In this document: positions 51,581-64,000 of the stretch, piece after piece | Numbering within the stretch: the first letter of the stretch is position 1 | Layout: each line of letters starts with the position of its first letter | Origin: Prorocentrum cordatum | Taxonomy: Eukaryota | Direction: 5' to 3' | Assembly: GCA_963575745.1 (NCBI GenBank) | Contig: CAUYUJ010000001.1 | Span: forward strand, 2,666,001 to 2,730,000 | DNA length: 64,000 nt | Notes under the pieces: generated by a model | Databases searched by the model: none | Seen by the model: the letters and a program-made list of their open reading frames with translations, nothing else | What the model was told of the DNA's origin: nothing | Program-made: the position numbers and the translations under genes

Positions 51581-52297
51581 GGAGGAGGAGGAGGAGGAGG
51601 AGGAGAGGGGAGGGGGGGAGGAGGAGGAGGAGGAGGAGGAGGAGGAGGAGGAGGAGGAGGAGGAGGAGGAGGACGAGGAGCAGGGGATGTATGAGAACCA
51701 ACTGCAACGGCAACCGACGCTGCCAGCGGCATGCCCTATGATACCGGCAGGACGACGAAAACGAAGTTTACGACATTTTAGACCAGAGAAACCTCGGTCT
51801 GCTTTTCGGCCAACTCTTGCGCAAACGTTCGGCCAACTTCGCCCGTTTAGCCCCGCGCACCTACGGGTACTCAGGCCAGGGCAGCTCAGCGGAAAACCGC
51901 CGAAAGCAAGTTGGGCCGAGGCGAAGACCAGAGGTCCCTTCATGATCGGCACAACTGTAAAGACAAGCAGCTCAGCAGGCGGGGGGGGTGGACATCGCAG
52001 CAGCGGCACTGGCGGTGTCAGCCAATGCCCAGCCATCGGCGGCCACTGCTGCGGCACCAGCGGCACCACAGCGGCACCGGCGGCCCCACTGATCTTTGAA
52101 TTCCGACGTCACGAAACAAGCTTAACATCTCACAAAACCTCGACCAGAGCACTGGACCCCATCATTCCCGCGGCAATTTTCGTGCTCGATCGATCCGTGA
52201 GGGTCCCGTGGCCAGATACACGGCACCCGCCTGGAAGTATCTTGGCGAAGGACCCAAACATATGCAGCTGTGAGCACCGCATTGTGGGTACCGCTCT

Positions 52298-52870
52298 CGG
52301 TGGAACCCCCTATGCGGCCACGATCCTCATGAGGGGTGTGCCGCAATGGGCGGGGGGACGCATGCAAACCCTGCCGCTGGGGCCTTCGGTGGAGCTCCCT
52401 ATGGGGCCACGATCCTCGTGAGGGGCGTGCCGCAATGGGCGGGGGGACGCATGCAAACCCTGCCGCTTGGGCCTTCGGTGGGACTCCCCATGGGGCCGCG
52501 ATCCTCATGAGAGGTGTGCCGAAATGGGCGGGGGCTCGCATGCAAACCTTGCCGCTGGGGCCTTCGGTGGAGCTCCCTACGGGGCCGCGATCCCCGTGAG
52601 GGGTGTGCCGAAATGGGCGGGGGGACGCATGCGAACCCTGCCGTTGGCCTTCGGTGGAGCTCCCTATGGATGGGGCCGCGATCCCCGTGAGGGGTGTGCC
52701 GAAATGGGTGGGGGGACGCATGCGAACCCGGCCACTGGGGCCTTCGGTGGAGCCCCCTATGAGGCCACGAAACGCTGTCCTTGGTGGCGGTGACGCATGC
52801 GGGCCCTCGCACCGGAGCCTTCGGTGGAACTCCATATGGGGCCACGAAACGCTGTCCTGGGTGGGTGAAA
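52298..52870. repeat. ~89-bp tandem repeat, ~6.5 copies
   Basis: CGGTGG...CCC at 52298, 52387, 52476, 52565, 52652, 52745 and 52822. Confidence 0.93.
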
Positions 52871-53197
52871 CGCAGGGAAGTGACGAGGCGGATGGGATGA
52901 GGGAGGGGGGGGAGGAGGAGGGGGAGGAGTGAGTGAGCGGGACGCGGGGCGCTGTCTTTTCAAAACGAAAACCCAACACCAAAGTTGGTTGGGAAAAACA
53001 TTGCGACGCCCGGACCCCTGGGTACCGCTGCGGCATCGGCGGCACCACGGCCGCATCGACGGCCGCTGCGACTGCAGCCCTGCGGCCACAGCGGCGGCGG
53101 CCCTGCGCTTTGCAGCCGGCGGCGGCAGCGGCGGCGGGTGGCGGCCCTGCGGCTGCGGCAGCCCTGCGGCAGCGGCGGCGGCAACCGCGTGGAGGGC

Positions 53198-53323
53198 CTC
53201 GAGCTGTGCCGCCCTGCTGCGCTCCCGCGCCAGCTCGGTGCCATCCGACTGCGCCGCCGCCTGGGCGCGTGCCACCGCCGCGCGCAGGGCCTCGACCTTC
53301 TTGTCGCGCTCGCCGACCTGGGC
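53198..53323 (-). CDS. Putative host exon (AQVGERDKKVEALRAAVARAQAAAQSDGTELARERSRAAQLE)
   Basis: 126 nt, GAG|G acceptor after a C-rich tract, GAG|GC donor; shares the ELARE...LE motif with the 60.4 kb exon. Confidence 0.7.
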
Positions 53324-54487
53324 CTCCAGAGGGGGGGGGGAGCAGGGAGATGAAGGCGGGGATGAAGAGGAGGGGGGCAAGGGGAGGAAGAGGAGGAGGG
53401 AGGAAAACGACGGGAAGGCGGGAGGATATAGAGGAGTTGGACGAGTTGGAGACAGGGAGCGCCAGGAGTGCCGAGCGAGCCTGCGGGGCCCCCGAAGCCC
53501 GCCGAGGGGCCGATCCTGCCTCTCAACTTTGCCGCGACGCGCTCCCCACAGCCTGGGCCGGCGACAGCCGGCCGTGTCGCTCGGGCCCCTGGTCCACCAC
53601 AAGCGGCCGGTGGTGGGGGTGCGCACGGTGTCCCTAGCTCTTCGCTCCTTTGTGGAGCCCCCTGGGGCCGTCGGGGCCTCGTGAACGGTGCTCTGGGCCT
53701 CCGTGGGAATCCGGGGGACACCTTGGGCCAGGGACACCTCTGGCAACGCCAGGGAAGGGTTCGAGATCCCCGAAACCCGCGGGCTGAACAGAAGCTGCCC
53801 GCCAGAGGTCTGGGCGCCGGGCTGTCGGCCCGGGCCCCGCAAGCCGAGGGGGCCGCGCGGAGGGGCGCGGGGGCGAGCGAGAAGGGGGAGCAGAAGCAGC
53901 AAGACAAGAGTCGAGAGAATCAGACAGAAGCGGGTCTGGGACAGGGGGCCGCCCCCAGGGGCAATCCTCCGACCCCCGGGGGGTCGAGATCCATGGGGCC
54001 CGCGGACGGAACCTACCCGCATCGTGCCCAACAGGCGACTACCAAGAAGAGCGCTCCATAGAAAAGTGCGCATTGAGAGATCTGCAACACTCTTGAAGGA
54101 TTCGCAGAACCATGTCGGACCACATCCAACGCTCCCCATTCACGCGCAGACTATCGCAGCTCAGACCGCAAAGCGGGTGTTCTCCTCCTCCTCCTCCTCC
54201 TCCTCCTCCTCCTCATCATCATCATCATCATCATCATCCTACTTCTCCTGGAAAAAATCCACTCCGATGGGCCCTCCCTGGGTTTTTTGCACCGTGGAAC
54301 CCCTCCCCCCCCTTTCCCCTCAGTAGCGTGCGATCCTCCTTCTCCTCCTCCTCCTCCTCCTCCTCCTCCTCCTCCTCCTCCTCCTGCCCCTCCCCCTCAT
54401 CCGCCTCCTCCTCGTCCTCGTCCTCCATCTCTTTCTCCTCCTCCCCCTCCTCCTCCTCCTCCTCCTCCTCCTCCTCCTCCTCTTCCT

Positions 54488-57603
<3,116 letters not shown>

Positions 57604-58204
57604 TCTGGATCGGAAGGGGGAGACGCCAAGGACGCCCGACGTAGATGGCGCGGTTGGGCTTGCGTTCGACTCTGCAAGACTTTGGATGATATCGTCGGCG
57701 GCTTCCGTGGAACGCGTGGTGGAACCGAGCAGTCTTCTCAGCGGGCAAAGCTTTTGGCTTTGATAGATGTAGAGCAGTCAGCAACTGGATGTGTACTCTG
57801 TTTCTCTGATCGGTGGCCTGTGGTGGAAGGCTTCAGAAACATTGTGAGGCCTTTATGAAGTCTGGTATGCTGGACGTGTGGGTTCGACCTTGGGATGTCT
57901 TGGCAAGCAGGCAAGGTGTTGTGAACCTCAAACGGACCAAGAGCCACCCACCGAGAACCCATGCCTGCGCCCTGCATTTAACTAACCACTACCGAACAGC
58001 TCTTGAATGGAGCTGCTGACGCCTGCGCTGGGGAAGAAGCTAAGAGAGGTGCCGTTCCTCCCGAATGAGCCGCCATCACACGCCAAAATGTTGGGCACCG
58101 ATGTTTTGATTATCCCAGAACGACCCTACCTAGGAGTTGGAGCCCCGAGGAGATCAATATTAATAGTAACGGTAAACGCAGTCCTCCTCCTTCTCCTCAT
58201 CGTC

Positions 58205-59400
<1,196 letters not shown>

Positions 59401-60417
59401 TGAGATGAACAAAACTAAGGACGTAACTGGGGGAACCGCGGGGCGGATGCCGGGGGAACCGCCCCGGGCGCGTTCCACTGCCCGGCCCCTTTAAGAAAGA
59501 GGGTAAGAACCCTCTAGGCAGAGCCTAGGTAGGGAAAAAAGGCTAGACTGTATCCAACGCAAACTTGCCGCCGAGAGAAAGAGAGAGAGAGAGAGAGAGA
59601 GTGCGGGACGGGGTTGGGCATGAGCATGGGCGAGCCCGAACCGCGCGCACCAGCGCCCACATTCGTCTTGAGCGTGGTATGTTCGGAGGGCACTCCCCAG
59701 TCCGTTTGCGAACTGGAATGAAGGGTCGCATTTGTTCTGCGCGGTTCCCTGTGAGGGGCGTGCTGTCTGCTTGTTGGCCTGGCCCTTATGCGGCCTAGTC
59801 CTGCGTGTTGCCCCTCCCCCTGAGGAGAATCGGCTGGCTGCCGATGGTCCTGGGGCCGCCGAAAATGACCCGTCGTCCCATCAACTAGCCACGTAATTTC
59901 GTGAGGCTCATGTAACATTGATTCTCAATGGCTTGCTTTTTTTCCAAACTGCGCGTGCTTCACTGTGGGCAGCATCAGGAGGTTCCGTGAGCTCTGTCAG
60001 CAGCCACCCGTAAAGGGCTCGAGGCATTGAATCGTCTCGGGCGCGGCCTCCCACCAAAATCGAGAATGAATGTTCCGAGGTGCTTGTGGTGAGGTGGCCA
60101 GGATAGCACCTGGGAGCCACGTCTCCGCCATGGCGCCATAGCTCCTGATCCCCGTCCTCCTCCACCTCCTCCTCCCATCCTAATCATATTCCTACCCCTC
60201 CTCCTCTACCTACTCCCCCCCTCCTTCCCCTCCTCCTCCTGGTCCTCCTCCTCCTCCTCCTCCTCCTCCTCCTCGTCCTCCTCCTCCTCCTCCTCCTCCT
60301 CCATCTCCTCTTCCTTCTCCTCTCCTCCTCCTCCTCCTCCTCCTCCTCCTCCTCCTCCTCCTCCTCCTCCTCCTCCTCCTCCTCCTCCTCCTCCTCCTCG
60401 GGCAAGAAGGAAGCGGC

Positions 60418-60495
60418 CTCGAGCTCCTCCGTCCTGTTGTGCTCCCGCGCCAGCTCGGATGCCGCGCTCTCGTACGCCTTCCTGAGGTCTGCGGC
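60418..60495 (-). CDS. Putative exon of host coiled-coil protein (AADLRKAYESAASELAREHNRTEELE)
   Basis: 78 nt, AAG|G acceptor, GAG|GC donor, phase 0-0, high GC3, heptad-like peptide. Confidence 0.65.
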
Positions 60496-63304
60496 CTTGC
60501 CGGGTGGGGAGGGGGGGCCGCCCGCAGTCTCCAGCTCCCACGGGCCACTCCTGGACGAGACGCAGGGGGACGAGGAGGGAGAGGAGGACCCAAACATCCT
60601 CGAGCTGGAAACCCAAAATTATGAAACGAATTCTGACCATTTTCGACCACCAGGAGCCCTCACTGGGCCCCGGGACCGTCAACAACCGACTCGCGATGAA
60701 GAGCTGGCCCCGGGGAAAGGCTCGGGACTTCCAGGGAGCCCGTGCTGGACAAATCAAGATATCGCACGTCTGGGAAGGGGGCGAGGATGGGGAGGAGAGG
60801 GAGGAGGAACGAGCAGCAAAGGGCAGCGCGGTTCCGCGCCCATCCGACGCGAGGGGCGCGGTGTCGCACCCGAGGAGGAGGAGGAGGAGGAGGAGGAGGA
60901 GGAGGAGGAGGAGGAGGAGGAGGAGGAGGAAGGGGAGGAGGAGGAGGAGGAGGAGGAGGAGGAGGAGGAGGAGGAGAAGGAGGGGGAGGAGGAGGGCGAC
61001 CTCCCACGTCGTCGGACCACTTCTGCCGACGAGCCGCACCGCCGTACAGGGAGGCGGCCGGGCACGGTGGGCCGGCACGCGAAGCGGCCCTCACGACAAG
61101 GGGAGTGCTTTGGGCATTGTCCGCTTGCAGGGGGGGGGGCCCTCGGCGCCCTGGCTGGACTCGCTTCGGAGCCCCCGTCTGGCTGCACTCTCCAGGACAG
61201 GTCCAGGGGGGCCGACCTCGAGGGAGGCTGAGGCAGAAGTGGGCACGTGAGGGCAAGGAGAGGAGTCCCCTCCACGTCCTCGTGTTCCCTCCTCCTCCTC
61301 CTCCTCCTCCTCCTCCTCCTCCTCCTCCTCCTCCTCTTCCTCCATCTCTGACTACTGCACCGTCTCCTTCTCCCTCCGCCCTCTTCATCCTGCTCCTCCT
61401 TCGCCGCCCTCCTCCTCCTTCCAGCCCTTATCACCCCTCCTTGTCCCTCCTTTCCGTTCTGCTGCCGAACAACAGAAGCAACTTGTGATAATATGCCATG
61501 GACTCCGTGCGTGTGATCCTGATTGGATTGCCGAGTTTTGGGGCCGGGCAGCACGACGGCATGCCAGCCCCGACAGCGATTGGGCTGCGTGTGAAAATGA
61601 AGCCTCGGACTGCTCACTCTCAGTAGTCTGCGCTGCTTTCAACGTCTTCGGGTCTGAGGCGCCACTAATCATTTCCATCACGCTCCTCTCATCCTGCCCG
61701 TCGGATGCTCCTGCTCCCCCTTCTCCTTATCGTCCTTATCCTCCTCCTCCTCGAAATACTGCTGAGACCTGCTCTTCCTCCTTTCTCCTCGTGCTCCTGT
61801 GATGGACATCCTGCTCGTGTCTCTGCCGCTGCTGCTGCTGCTGCTGCTGCTGCTCTTCCGTGCTCTCCCTTCCACGTCCGCCATCCCTCGTCCTCGTCCT
61901 CCTCCACAATTTCACAACATCAACACTCCCCGTCCAGAATATCCCTGGCCCCCCTCCGCGTAGTACTTCCTACACGCAATATTGGGCCGATTTTTTTTGT
62001 TCAGGTGTGTTATAATAATCAGAATGTTCAGGTGTGTTATAATAATCAGAATGTTTCCGGTGTTTCAAAATGGTAACCCCGCTGCAGCGGGGGCCTCATG
62101 TTCGGATCGGAGCTTGGCTCCCGTCGTTCAGAATGGCGCCCTCGGCCCAGCGCTGACCAATTTTCCGGATCCGAGTCCTTTTTCACCGTTATTGCCTCCC
62201 GAATGTATCCACCTCCGCCTTCCTCTGGTTTTACATGCTCCTCCCACTCCTTCCACTGCTGCGAATCGTCCTCGTCCTCCTCCTTGCTCATCCAAATATT
62301 TTTCCTCCTGCTCGCCCTCCTGCTCACCAGCCTCATCCTCCTCCTGCTGATTCTCCTCCTCCTCCTCCTCCTCGTCCTCCTCCTCCTCCTGCTCCTCCTC
62401 TGTGCGCAGCTCCCCCGTGTCCGATTGCGCAAACTATGATGGGCTCTGTTTTGGAGTTCCAAGTAGGAAATGACACGCATCCGCGGATAGCGAGCACACC
62501 AGCGCAATAGGAAGGGATGAGATGGAGGGATCGAATGTAAAATATGGCGTGGAAGCGCCTTGCTTGACAATTACTCAATATTAATACTACTCTCCCTCTT
62601 CCCCTGATGACGGCTTGGGAGTAGCCGACCCCCCCCCCGCGTACTGTTTTTTTACAGACAAGTTTCCCCGGAGTTGGGTTGTCGCCTGCATTTTTCCAAA
62701 ATGCTGATCTCGCTGAGGCGCCGGCCTCATTTTCGGGCCTCGCTCGTTCAGAATCGTGCTCCCGCTGCAGCGCTGGCATCATTTCCGCCGGCGCCTGCAC
62801 GCCCGAGCCGGCGCCCGGGCCGGCGCTCGGGCCGGGTCTGGAGCCGGTTCCGGCCGGCGCCAGAAAATCGAGTTCCGAGGCGGCGCCGAAAAAAGGACAT
62901 TCCAATACACATTTTTCTTTTGAAAATGCTGAATTTCTGCTTCCGGCGCCCGGGAAGCCTCCCGGACCGATTCCGGCGTGCTTCCACTCGTTCCGAATCG
63001 TGCTCCCGCTGCAGCGCGGGCCTCATTTCCGCGCTTCCGCTCGTTTCGACTCGTGCTCCCGCTACAGCGCTGGCGTCATTTCCCGTGCCATGCCACGGCA
63101 TGCAATGCAATACTAGGTTGATACTACGCTTCGCGGTGCTCTTCTACGCCATGCCATGCCGTGCTCTACAATGCATCGCGTACCCTTTCGGGATCATTGC
63201 CCTGCTCGACATCCGACTGTGCGAGTAGTGAGGGGATCTGCGCCATGGTAAGGGATGGGAGGGAGGGGTAGGATGCCAGATATGACGCGAGCGCACCTAG
63301 CTTG

Positions 63305-64000
63305 TCCTCCCCCCCTCTTCCCGCCCCTCCCGCCACCGCCTCCGCCTCCTCCTCCTTTTCTTCCTCCTCCTCCTCCTCCTCCGAATGCCCCTCCTCCTAT
63401 TGCCCATCCTCCTATTGCCCATCCTCCTCCTCCTCCTCCTCCTCCTCCTCCTCCTCTCCTCTCCTCTCCTCTCCTCTCCTTTCCAGCTCTCTTCCCTTCC
63501 TCCTCCCCTCTTCTTCTCCTCTCCTCCTCTTCTCCTCTCCTCCTCTTCTCCTCTCCTCTTCCTCTCCTCTCCTCTCCTCTCCTCTCCTCTCCTCTCCTCT
63601 CCTCTCTCAACTCCCGTCTGCTCCTCTCCTCTGTCCACTCCTCTGTTCTCTCCTCCCCTTCGTCCTCTCCTCTCCTCTCCTCTCCTCTCCTCTCCTCTCC
63701 TCTCCTCTCAACTCCCCTCTGCTCCTCTCCGCTCCTCTCCTCTCTCCTCTCTTCTCCACTGCTCCTGCCTCCTCCTGCTGCTCCTCCTCCAACTCCTCCC
63801 TCCTCCTCCGTCCTCCTCCCTCCTCCTTCCGACCTCCTCCCTCCTCCCGTCTCCCTCCTCCGGCCTTCGTCCTCCCTCATCAGTCCTCCCTCCTCCGTTC
63901 CGTCCTCAATCCTCCGCCTTCCTTCGCGCGTCGTCGGTCTGCCGTCCTGCATCCTCCGTCCTCCCTCCTCCGTCCTCCGCCCTCCGTCCTCTGTCCTCCC
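63305..64000. repeat. Polypyrimidine (CCT)n/(CTCTC)n tract
   Basis: Direct reading. Confidence 0.95.

Noticed and set aside
52757..54139. 460-aa ORF as a single-exon gene
   Set aside because: Only the 126-nt segment 53198-53323 has protein-like composition and splice signals
57604..58130. Possible degenerate RT fragment
   Set aside because: No unambiguous motif recoverable by eye
61998..62054. 27-bp perfect tandem duplication
   Set aside because: Ordinary local slippage; no further structure

Overview
Eukaryotic, GC-rich, repeat-dense DNA from a dinoflagellate: two exact copies of the 22-nt dinoflagellate spliced leader (DinoSL, TCCGTAGCCATTTTGGCTCAAG) occur at 27419-27440 (+) and 51559-51580 (-). 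Most of the ORF track is noise from microsatellites and GC-rich sequence. The window appears to lie inside one minus-strand host gene, with tiny AG|G...|GC exons spread from ~10.1 to ~60.5 kb that encode a coiled-coil protein. Its introns hold two near-full-length but disrupted non-LTR retrotransposons of different families, several older RT/RNase H relics, terminal-inverted-repeat (TIR) elements, an alternating array of (CAA)n-delimited modules and many micro/minisatellites. Most notable: both LINEs begin exactly with a complete spliced leader next to a (GGA/CCT)n tract. In both, the ORF2 frame (+1) also stays open across essentially all of ORF1. Together this suggests retrotransposons that get their 5' end by host trans-splicing and carry an overprinted ORF1/ORF2 region. 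Exon calls and relic domain calls were made by eye and need alignment or RNA-seq confirmation.
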